Positions 50,076 through 58,266 are shown, counted from the first letter of the stretch. The stretch: 64,000 nt of DNA from Bacteroidaceae bacterium (GCA_017532725.1 JAFXIZ010000072.1:9956-73955); one strand, 5' to 3'. A program made the numbers and translations. Notes: generated from the sequence alone by a model not told the origin.

Positions 50076-50771
50076 TTAGAAGACTTCGGTTACAACGCGA
50101 ATTTCGGGCAACTCATCGCAGGTAACAACAATCCACGCAATGCCGTCGTAGATTTTTTGTACCTCAATTTTGTCGCACAAATAGTAATTGGTTTCACCAC
50201 CATTGCATATAGCCACCTTGCCATCGGGATAAGTACCACGCGTCGAGAAGTCGCCCTTGGCCGAGATACGACAGAAATTGCCCGTCTCTATCTCATAGAA
50301 ACCAAACGTCGTAGAGCCTTCCATTACATACCCGTCGGCATCGACATTCCTCTCGCGCGAAACTTGCAGGCCGGCTGTGGTCTGTGTATATACGGTGTGT
50401 TGCAACCAATTCTCGATGCGAGGTGTGCGATCGGTAATAAAATTCTTCTGGGCATCGCTCTTGGTAACGGTAATGGTACAAGATAGTTGAGTACCACCGT
50501 TGTCGCTTACGGTGAGCACGGTTGTACCCACCTTGGCACCTGTCACCTCTATGGCGTTGCTTTTCTTGACACATACGGCATTGTTGTTGTTTGTCTTGAT
50601 AGAAAAATCGCCACCTCCATTAACCTGAATTGTCTGAACAGCGCCCTCGGCAATGGTAAGTTTATCGCCACAAGAGAGTGAGAAACCATCCGACTCGGGC
50701 TTACACGCCGACAGTAACAATATCAGCGAGAGGGTAAGTGCGAATGATAGAATATTTATATCTTTTTTCAT
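50076..50771 (-). CDS. lipoprotein with an N-terminal Ig-like (Big_2-type) domain
   Basis: Lipobox LLLSAC and an Ig-like block TIQVNGG...VTGAKVGTTVLTVSD. Immediately downstream of the nuclease gene. Confidence 0.55.
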   Translation of the reverse strand: MKKDINILSFALTLSLILLLSACKPESDGFSLSCGDKLTIAEGAVQTIQVNGGGDFSIKTNNNNAVCVKKSNAIEVTGAKVGTTVLTVSDNGGTQLSCTITVTKSDAQKNFITDRTPRIENWLQHTVYTQTTAGLQVSRERNVDADGYVMEGSTTFGFYEIETGNFCRISAKGDFSTRGTYPDGKVAICNGGETNYYLCDKIEVQKIYDGIAWIVVTCDELPEIRVVTEVF

Positions 50772-50782
50772 CGTGAATATAT

Positions 50783-52180
50783 TTACTTGGTTATAGAAAC
50801 TCTGACGCGACCACTGATACCGGCAGTCTTGAAATCGATAGTGTGCATACCCTCGGCAAGTTGCGACGGAGAGAATATGTTACCCGATATCCGAGTGCCG
50901 TCGATGTACCAAGTAACGGCCTCGTTACAGTTGCGCAAGGCGAGTGTAACATCGGCATCGGTACGTTTATAAGATGACTTGAGATTATCGACATAGACAA
51001 TAAGAGGCGTCTTGTTCATACACAATCCACGCAGTTGCAACACCACGTCGTCGGGAAAATCGGCACTCGACAAGCGCAACTGTGCAGTGTGTGTACCATA
51101 CGCCACAGGATGATAGTCAATAGCAATAGTAACACCTTGCGACGACATTACCTCCTGCTTCGACAGTGTAGTAGTGGCAATACTGAAGTTGCCGGCTTCA
51201 TCTACCACCGTTACATCTATATCGGTAGTAATATTCTCGCCCTTGAGCGTGAACGGCAAGGTGTGGCTGCTACCCAATGATTCGCTACCCAATGATATGA
51301 TATCGCCCGACTTAACATTGAGTTTGGGCACAGCAACAGCATCGCCATTAAACTTGAAAGCATACTCGGTGCGATCGCCCCATATATGCTCGGCCAAATG
51401 AGGATAGTCGATAAAAGGGTTACGATTGTTCTGGTGGCGATATACGGCATCATTACGATTAATCTCCTTGATACTTACAGGGTCCTGACGGTGCCACTTA
51501 AGCAACAAGTTGCGCGAATATTCGTTGAGCGTAGGATATGCACCCGTAGTAAACATAATAGGGCCCGACGATACCCAAGTATAATCCTGATAACAAGTTA
51601 CAAAATACATATACATACGGGCAAAGTCGCCTTTATATTGGTCGGCCGGCTCAAAGACATTGTGCGAATAACCCTTGGCCTTACCCACCTTCGACACCCC
51701 GTTGTCAAATTTAGGAGTACCATCAACCTCACCCAGCGCATAATTCGACTTGGCAGAATTGGCATCGGCATCAGAAGGCACAAGGTGATGCAAGTCGAAC
51801 GAGGCATCTACCGTATAAGGATAGTCGTCGCCCCACCAACTTTTGGGTACACTGTGTTCGATATTCATATCGCGATGCGCACCCGAATAAGGGAAATATC
51901 GCGTAGCATTCGAATACATATCCCATATTGTACCATCCTCGCGAATATCACTTTCGCGAAATACTACCCAAGTACCCTTACTACCGTACTCGATACGAGT
52001 ATGCACCTTAATAAGTTTGTGCAACTCGGTCTTAAGGTCCTCCTTGCTACGACCCTCAAGGTTGTCGGGATAATAGTCGCGAGGCATCTCCGTCGCAGCA
52101 CACAATGTGCAAACAAGAGTTATCGCTGATAAAAGACTTTTCAAATTCAACATAAATAAAACAAGTATAATTATAAGCAT
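50783..52180 (-). CDS. secreted endonuclease I family nuclease with C-terminal Ig-like domains
   Basis: NIEHSVPKSWW and DLHHLVPSDADANSAKSNYALGEV are the endonuclease I (EndA/Vvn) motifs. The start may instead be the ATG at 52153. Confidence 0.8.
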   Translation of the reverse strand: MLIIILVLFMLNLKSLLSAITLVCTLCAATEMPRDYYPDNLEGRSKEDLKTELHKLIKVHTRIEYGSKGTWVVFRESDIREDGTIWDMYSNATRYFPYSGAHRDMNIEHSVPKSWWGDDYPYTVDASFDLHHLVPSDADANSAKSNYALGEVDGTPKFDNGVSKVGKAKGYSHNVFEPADQYKGDFARMYMYFVTCYQDYTWVSSGPIMFTTGAYPTLNEYSRNLLLKWHRQDPVSIKEINRNDAVYRHQNNRNPFIDYPHLAEHIWGDRTEYAFKFNGDAVAVPKLNVKSGDIISLGSESLGSSHTLPFTLKGENITTDIDVTVVDEAGNFSIATTTLSKQEVMSSQGVTIAIDYHPVAYGTHTAQLRLSSADFPDDVVLQLRGLCMNKTPLIVYVDNLKSSYKRTDADVTLALRNCNEAVTWYIDGTRISGNIFSPSQLAEGMHTIDFKTAGISGRVRVSITK

Positions 52181-52556
52181 ACAAAGTTATAAAAAACACC
52201 CGAATAATCAACCGAAATAGAAATATTAGTAAGCAATAATAACAGATTTGGGGTCATATTCAACGCTTTCATAGAATTTACTGTAGAAAAATATTCATTT
52301 AATAGTAATATATCAATGCGTGGTGACGATGATGACGATGCTGACGGTGATGACTCGGTAACTTTTTTGCATTGAAGTCATTAAGTCAGAGTAAATTTAT
52401 TTTGAAGTATCATTCAAATATGGGAATAGATAGTTATTTCAAATCTTGCCAAAAGATTTAAAATGACTGTATTTATAATTGGGTATTTGCAAGGAGTACT
52501 TTGCTTCGTGCCTCTATTTGACTATGCAGTCGTTGGTGAGGATATCTTTTAGGCGG

Positions 52557-52748
52557 GTGGCGATACTGCGTTCAATCACTATGTGTGGGAAGAGAATGTG
52601 CTGAAGCACAATTTCAAGCCATTGCCCGATATGTTCAAGCTAACTTGCTTAGACAAGGAAAATAACCTTTATGATATTGATGTCTTGGACTGCAAGTCAA
52701 GCCCGATTTTCGGTTATGTCATCAATACAAGCCGGCTGCACTGGCGTA
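52557..52748 (+). pseudogene. 192-bp internal fragment of a primase-helicase gene, paralogous to 60772-60963
   Basis: 184/192 identical by hand count. It encodes GDTAFNHYVWEENVLKHNFKPLPDMFKLTCLDKENNLYDIDVLDC(K/M)SSPIFGYVINTSRLHWR. Homology stops abruptly on both sides. Confidence 0.85.
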
Positions 52749-52894
52749 GCATTGATGTGGTCTGCTACTTGTTGTCCGTAGAAAGGAATTTGCATGTATG
52801 TGCTACCTGCTGTTGTATTCTTAATTTCTACAACAAGATTTTCACCTCCATACACATAGGGCGTAGTAAATATTTGTTTGTATTTATTTGACAT
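52749..52894 (-). other. orphan N-terminal coding remnant abutting the fragment
   Basis: MSNKYKQIFTTPYVYGGENLVVEIKNTTAGSTYMQIPFYGQQVADHINA then reads into the antisense of the primase fragment and stops. No function recognised. Confidence 0.3.
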
Positions 52895-53136
52895 TAGTCA
52901 AAAAAACACGCTTTGAGTTTGCTTTTTGATTATAGTTGTGTGGCGAAATTCCCTTTATCAGTACTTGCTTATGTGACGCAGTTATTGTTCGTTGAGTATT
53001 TTATTATTCTACTGTCAAGGACTCGGTCAAGCTATCCCGAATGCATCTTGGGTAAGATTGACTATACGAGTTTCCGAGTGACATGTAAAATATTAAAGAC
53101 AGATATTTATGCTTGATGTTGTTGCAATTATTGAAA

Positions 53137-53152
53137 TTTGATATATATCAAA
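53137..53152. promoter_or_regulatory. perfect 16-bp palindrome containing the FNR-box consensus TTGAT-N4-ATCAA
   Basis: TTTGATATATATCAAA, centred about 83 nt upstream of the S8 peptidase ATG. Confidence 0.45.
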
Positions 53153-53227
53153 AAAAATAATAAAGTGTTGGTATATTTTGATATATTTTATATATTGCAA
53201 CAAATAATGTAAAATGGTGGATTTAAA

Positions 53228-55423
53228 ATGAAAAAGCTGTTATTCGTGGTGGCAATGTTTGCCTTTTATTCAGTATCGATGGCACAGGTCGATTATAGTA
53301 AACTCTCATCACATTTGGCTACTATGTTGTGCTCGAAGAACAATGATTTACCCAAGCGTGCTTTGGGTACAGCATCTCAATCGTATGTGCTGGCTCTTGT
53401 TGCTCTAACCGATAGCAACCGAGATGTATCGGTCTTTGAAGAATATGCTTGCCAATTGGTAGATAGTATAGGTCGCATATACATTGTAAATATACCTATA
53501 GATAACATTTTGCCACTCTCTACTGATTCCCGTATTGAGAGAATTGAGGCCGAGCGTATGCCTCGTATAGCTGTAGATGATACCAAGGACTATATAAATG
53601 CTACCGATATATATAAAGGTGTTAATCTACCTCAAGCATTCACTGGTAAAGGTGTGGTAGCGGGTATATTCGATTGTTATTATGACTTAACCCACCCTGC
53701 ATTTTATGACGAAGAAGGCAATTGCCGTATAAAGTATTATTATGACTTCTGTTGGCCCAATAGTGATGGTACAAAGGGGCGTGAAATAGATAATCCCAAG
53801 GAGATATCGCAACACCAACACTCAAAATATACATATAATGTTACTCATGGTACGCATGTGGCAAGCACTATGGCAGGTTCGAGTGTCAATGGTAGGTATG
53901 GTGGTATAGCATGTGAAAGCGACATATACTTGGCCGATTTCAATTCGGACAGAGCCGATTTTGAAAATCCCGGTATGCACACATCTGCCACTGCAGTATT
54001 GGGATTTAAGTACCTATTTGATAAAGCCGCAAAGGAACAAAAGCCTTGTGTCATCAATTTCAGTAGTTGTGAAAGCATAACATTGTCGCGCCAGCGTATT
54101 CTTGAAGGTGAGGCTATTGCCCAGTTGGTAGGTCCTGGACGAATCATTGTAGCGGCATGTGGCAATATGGGGCATCAGGTGCCTTATATGGAGAAACCAA
54201 CCGATATGCCACAAGCCGGTGTCGCTATTACCAATGGCATTGGAGGTGGAAATATCATAGATATGGATATTGTAACACCTGTCAATCAGTCGGTTCGCTT
54301 CGATTTCTTAAGTATCAAGTTGGTCGATCAGTATATTGAGGGTACAATTATTTTCAACACCGATAGTATAAAAAAACTTGGTAAGGATACATGTGTATTG
54401 AATGCAACGGTAAGTGCCGGCGATATAGAACTGAGAGTATATAAAAGTGACTATGAAGATGCCCGCGGAGATGTTTTTCATATAGATGGTAGTTTTCCTA
54501 ATATGGCCTATTTGATGCTATATGGTGCTACATGCTTGCTTTCTGGTAACGGACCTGCTTGGATGTATAGCGATTTGTTTTACTCTCCGTTTGCCAATAT
54601 AGAAGGTATTCCTGAGTATGAATGTGTGCAACCCGGATATTCTGTATCATGGCCGGCAACTTTACCTTCTGTCATTGCGGTAGGAGCTACAGGATACACA
54701 TCTACTTTTACCAACATTGATGGTAATGAAAACACAGATGTTGATATATTCCGACCCGATGCACCCGGTTGCATAGCAAAGTTTTCTTCGTTAGGTCCTA
54801 CATTTGATGGATTGATAAAGCCCGATGTTGTGGCTCCAGGAATGAATATCAATGCTGCATATAATAGTTTCTCTGCTACACCAGATGTTGATAGAAAATC
54901 GCTCACCGATAGAGTGAAATATAATGGTAAAGACTATTATTATATGGCACAATCAGGTACTTCTATGGCATCGCCGGTAGTAGCCGGAACGATAGCTTTG
55001 TGGCTGGAGGCCGATCCAACACTCACACCTCAAGATATCTTGAAAATTATAGCCTATTGTGCCGAGCAACCCGACGAGACAATGGAATATCCCAACAATA
55101 CTTATGGGTATGGTGAGATAGATGCATACAAGGGTTTGTTGTATGTGCTCGAAATGAAGGCTAATATTCCGGAACTATACGAGCATCAGCCTCTTAAGGC
55201 TTATTTTAAAATTGATGGGTCTACATTGAAAGTTTTCTTCGCCGATGACGTAACACCGGAAGATAGCAAAGTGTCAATATCGATATACTCAATGAATGGA
55301 ATAAAGGTTGCTGAAGCGAGAGGTTGTACAGTAGATGTATCGCAGCTATCTGGTGGTATATATGCAATACAACTCAACACCGGTGATACAGCTACTTCAG
55401 GTTCTACTCTTATAAGATTGTAA
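53228..55423 (+). CDS. S8 family (subtilisin-like) serine peptidase with a T9SS C-terminal sorting domain
   Basis: Signal peptide. D-H-S triad blocks VAGIFDCYYD, HGTHVAS and SGTSMASPVVAG. C-terminal beta-rich tail ...SIYSMNGIKV...GIYAIQLNTGD...LIRL. Confidence 0.9.
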   Translation: MKKLLFVVAMFAFYSVSMAQVDYSKLSSHLATMLCSKNNDLPKRALGTASQSYVLALVALTDSNRDVSVFEEYACQLVDSIGRIYIVNIPIDNILPLSTDSRIERIEAERMPRIAVDDTKDYINATDIYKGVNLPQAFTGKGVVAGIFDCYYDLTHPAFYDEEGNCRIKYYYDFCWPNSDGTKGREIDNPKEISQHQHSKYTYNVTHGTHVASTMAGSSVNGRYGGIACESDIYLADFNSDRADFENPGMHTSATAVLGFKYLFDKAAKEQKPCVINFSSCESITLSRQRILEGEAIAQLVGPGRIIVAACGNMGHQVPYMEKPTDMPQAGVAITNGIGGGNIIDMDIVTPVNQSVRFDFLSIKLVDQYIEGTIIFNTDSIKKLGKDTCVLNATVSAGDIELRVYKSDYEDARGDVFHIDGSFPNMAYLMLYGATCLLSGNGPAWMYSDLFYSPFANIEGIPEYECVQPGYSVSWPATLPSVIAVGATGYTSTFTNIDGNENTDVDIFRPDAPGCIAKFSSLGPTFDGLIKPDVVAPGMNINAAYNSFSATPDVDRKSLTDRVKYNGKDYYYMAQSGTSMASPVVAGTIALWLEADPTLTPQDILKIIAYCAEQPDETMEYPNNTYGYGEIDAYKGLLYVLEMKANIPELYEHQPLKAYFKIDGSTLKVFFADDVTPEDSKVSISIYSMNGIKVAEARGCTVDVSQLSGGIYAIQLNTGDTATSGSTLIRL

Positions 55424-55530
55424 GTGTTTCATTATCAATATATAGAGTTATATTGATAGTGAACAAACAAAATGCAGATGGAGTGAGCCTCTAAAATAAG
55501 CTCATAATCAAATACAATGACTACTCAATA

Positions 55531-56231
55531 TTATCCATATTTACTAATGCGTCGCAACTCTTCTTCATTGATAATTATTATTTTGCGACCATCGACAGTG
55601 ATGAGGTTTTCGGTAGCAAATGTAGTGAGCGTGCGAATGGCATTGGAGGTTGTCATGTTTGACAAATTGGCCAAATCTTCTCTCGACAAGTATATGTTGA
55701 GAGTTGTGCTATTGGTTTCATAACCATAGTTTTCGAGAAGAACGATGAGGGCTTCGGCAAGTCGGCCGCGAATATGTTTCTGGGAGAGGTTTACGGTGCG
55801 AGTGTCCGATTGTCCCAAGTAATTGTCAAGACTGCGAATGAAGAAGAAAGCCAGGTCGTTATTGCGGCGCACATGATCTTCGACAATGGTCATGGGCAAG
55901 AAGCCAATCTGTGTGTTCTCTATGGCAGCGCTCGATGTAACATAGTTTTCGTTGGCAAAGTAGGTACGGTTGCCAAAGTATTGCCCCGGACGCACCATGC
56001 GAATGCTCTGGTTGCGGTTGCCATTGCTTTTTTGTATACCTTCACCTTGCCTTTGAGCAAAAACATAAGGTGCGTGGGCTTTTCGCCCTCGCTATATATA
56101 ACCTCATTTTTGCGGAAGTTCTGAATCTGAAAATTGCTTGATATGATTCGTTTCTCTTCGTTACTCAATACAGCCCAAAAGTCGGACATCTCATTTTGCA
56201 ACACAGATTCTAAAGTGCTCTCTTTTACCAT
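55531..56231 (-). pseudogene. Crp/Fnr family transcriptional regulator interrupted by a -1/+2 frameshift in an A6 tract
   Basis: ORFs 55920-56231 (cNMP-binding N-terminus ...KGKVKVYKK) and 55531-55998 (...SIRMVRPGQYFG... plus the C-terminal HTH). They join into one normal-length Crp/Fnr protein if the A run at 56028-56033 had 7 A. Confidence 0.8.
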
Positions 56232-56255
56232 TTGTACCTATTTCATTAGCGGGCA

Positions 56256-56263
56256 CAAAAGTA
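56256..56263 (-). promoter_or_regulatory. -7 box TACTTTTG for the Crp/Fnr gene
   Basis: Exact TAnnTTTG match 25 nt upstream of the ATG at 56231. Confidence 0.5.
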
Positions 56264-56440
56264 GCGAAAAAAAATGATATGAATAAAAATTTATATCCAC
56301 AAAAATGCTTTTCAACATAATTTTAGGACATAGTTTTATAGCATAGTCTTTATATGGCAGTGATGTTGACAAAATAGAGTAGAGAGGTTGGTTGCTTGCG
56401 ACACCTCGTCACATGCTATTACACAAAATACAAACTCAAC

Positions 56441-56650
56441 CATCTTTAATTCATAGGTGGCTTGTTTTTCGATAGCCTCTGTAGCAAACAATCCTGCTTT
56501 CCATTCGGCTGGTGAGCATTCTCCAATGGTAAGATATTTTCTACATTCTCTATTTAAGCGAATGTATAATTCAATTTTTCCTTTTCCACTCTTGTTCGTG
56601 TTCGCTTTCTTCTTTCGGTCGAACACTACCGATACATAGTTCTGCGTCAT
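56441..56650 (-). pseudogene. N-terminal fragment (Arm DNA-binding domain) of a tyrosine integrase
   Basis: MTQNYVSVVFDRKKKANTNKSGKGKIELYIRLNRECRKYLTIGECSPAEWKA fits the Bacteroidetes integrase arm-domain pattern (V.V.F...G.G.I.L.I..NR...T.....P.EW). The frame degenerates and stops after about 70-100 aa, with no SAM-like or catalytic domain. Confidence 0.55.
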
Positions 56651-56749
56651 AGCTTTTTCCTGTTGTGGACACAGAAAGACAACTTCAACAAAGATTAACT
56701 ATTTTCCACCCCAATTTTGCTCGTTTTTGACCGATTTTCCCTCTTTTGC

Positions 56750-57107
56750 TTACCTACCACTTTCAAAAGTGGTAGGTAAAAGTGGCAAAAAGTGGTAGGT
56801 AAGTGTCTTTTTCAGTCTTTGGCTGTCTCGCTCTGTCCTCGTTAGACTTTTACCTTGACTACTTTCTTAAATGCCTATGTATCAATGTGATAATCGTTAG
56901 TTCTATTTCGTTTGGAGCAAAAAAAAGGAGTTCGTGTGAACTCCTTTTCGTGATCCGCCTGGAGTAACTTCAATTTGATGACCAAATCAACGATAGGAAC
57001 TCACTTATATCTTTAGCTACTAAGAAGTAGTCAATTCATTTTAATGATCTCGTTTTTGCTTCCATTTTTGTGGTAGATAATGGAAAAATCCTTAGGTGGT
57101 AGGTAAG
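56750..57107. repeat. cluster of GTGGTAG(G/A)TAA motifs, including a 14-bp perfect inverted repeat
   Basis: TTACCTACCACTTT-ca-AAAGTGGTAGGTAA (56750-56779). Direct copies at 56789-56802 and 57096-57107. A one-mismatch copy at 57070-57080. Partial copies at 56780-56786 and about 57176-57183. Confidence 0.8.
56919..56946 (-). terminator. strong rho-independent terminator (minus strand)
   Basis: aaggagttc-gtgt-gaactcctt, followed on the minus strand by a T run (A8 at 56919-56926 on the plus strand, partly shared with the stem). Confidence 0.7.
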
Positions 57108-57183
57108 CAATTTCTTGCTTTTAGGCTCATTTCAGTTGATTGTTAAGGGGTGTTAATATATTAACGTGTATTTCCCACTTACC
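56919..57183 (-). ncRNA. candidate ~265-nt noncoding transcript or long structured 3' UTR of the repressor mRNA
   Basis: -7 box TAACTTTG on the minus strand (57190-57197) just after the repressor stop. No ORF longer than 12 codons. Ends at the terminator at 56919-56946. Confidence 0.3.
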
Positions 57184-57208
57184 AACTAACAAAGTTAATA
57201 CAAAAAAA

Positions 57209-57820
57209 TTATATCATCGGTATTCTGCCGTGAAATATTACACGGTATATACTTATCACATTCTCTTTTCTTATCTTGAACGGTTCGTAATCTGCATTGT
57301 CTGATGTCAATGTGATGTACGGACTATTTGCTTTGCCAAGTTCAATGTGTTTCAGCATACGTTCATTATCCCTTGTTATTATTAAATATATGTGCTTCGC
57401 TTTAATTTCCTCGAAATTGTCTATCTCAACTACTCCAACAAGGTCGCCCTCTTGGATTGTCGGGTACATCGAAAATCCTTTAACCGGGAAGAATGCGTCT
57501 GCATCTACTCCTGGAATGTAAATACGCTGTGGCTTCGCTGTGGTGTTGGCAAACTCGATTCGCCCTGCACTTACTTCCAATTCCTTATAGAAGAGATTTG
57601 TTCCCTTTGGAAACATATTACCTTCTCCGAAAAACAGCCACCTTTCAGAAAGGTTATCACAAACTGATAATATTTGTGTCTTAGCTGCTGCCGGTATAGA
57701 GTTGCGGCTTATCCAGTTGGCTACTGCCGACTGACGAACGCCTAATAGCTTTGCAAAAGCTACCTGACTACCGCCAAACTCCTTTATTAGAGCCAAAACC
57801 CTATCTTTTTCTGATACCAT
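57209..57820 (-). CDS. CI/LexA-type repressor (XRE HTH + S24 peptidase domain)
   Basis: HTH SQVAFAKLLGVRQSAVANWISR. S24 nucleophile block VKGFSMYPTIQEGDLVGV and a downstream Lys (ERMLKHI). Confidence 0.85.
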   Translation of the reverse strand: MVSEKDRVLALIKEFGGSQVAFAKLLGVRQSAVANWISRNSIPAAAKTQILSVCDNLSERWLFFGEGNMFPKGTNLFYKELEVSAGRIEFANTTAKPQRIYIPGVDADAFFPVKGFSMYPTIQEGDLVGVVEIDNFEEIKAKHIYLIITRDNERMLKHIELGKANSPYITLTSDNADYEPFKIRKENVISIYRVIFHGRIPMI

Positions 57821-57867
57821 TGTACATATTTTTTTTCGCTTGATGAAAAATTTTTTATCGCTAATAC

Positions 57868-57899
57868 TTTGTTTTGTATCACAAGGTGTGATAACTTTG
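57868..57899 (+). promoter_or_regulatory. rightward early promoter (TTTG-N20-TAACTTTG)
   Basis: -33 TTTG at 57868-57871 and -7 TAACTTTG at 57892-57899, in the divergent intergenic region. Confidence 0.5.
57877..57893. promoter_or_regulatory. candidate operator palindrome TATCACA-agg-TGTGATA
   Basis: Perfect 7-bp arms that occupy the promoter spacer and touch the -7 box. Confidence 0.5.
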
Positions 57900-58020
57900 C
57901 ACTATCAAACTAACCGACTAAGTTAGTTTTATAATCACAGATAAGTTGCGAAAGCGTTCTCATCAAAGAGTTTCACAACGCAAAATTAGCGACTTTTCTC
58001 CATATAACAAAATATTTACA

Positions 58021-58266
58021 ATGAAAAATAGAACCAACGACGAAGATTTTGCGCATATCCGCAAATTAACACACTCCCAAGTATTATGGCTTATTGCCAA
58101 TTATCACAACTTGACGAATGAAGAGTGTGCTGAACGCTTAAACCTTAAGCCGAAAACCTTAATAAACTACGCTTTTAAGCTTGATTTGAGAAAGTCGCCT
58201 GAACATATTTCAAGACTTCGCAAGCAACAAGCGATTAACACAAATAAGAAAAGATGGAAAAAGTAA
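58021..58266 (+). CDS. small HTH protein (Cro/early regulator-like)
   Basis: 81 aa with probable HTH LTNEECAERLNLKPKTLINYA. First gene divergent from the repressor. ATG at 58021 chosen over the TTG at 57946. Confidence 0.55.
   Translation: MKNRTNDEDFAHIRKLTHSQVLWLIANYHNLTNEECAERLNLKPKTLINYAFKLDLRKSPEHISRLRKQQAINTNKKRWKK

Noticed and set aside
52316-52375. Acidic micro-ORF MRGDDDDDADGDDSVTFLH as a leader or bacteriocin-like peptide.
   Set aside because: It arises from a short gatgac-type low-complexity run. It has no ribosome-binding context, promoter or partner genes.
52583-52891. The 102-aa plus-strand ORF as an intact small gene.
   Set aside because: Its first 55 residues are simply the relic of the primase-helicase gene (identical apart from one residue to 60796-60963). 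The remainder is read-through into unrelated DNA.
56651-57208. A tRNA or tmRNA integration target in the noncoding stretch next to the integrase fragment; 52181-52556 was also checked.
   Set aside because: No cloverleaf-compatible sequence or GTTCGAATC-type T-arm was seen on either strand.
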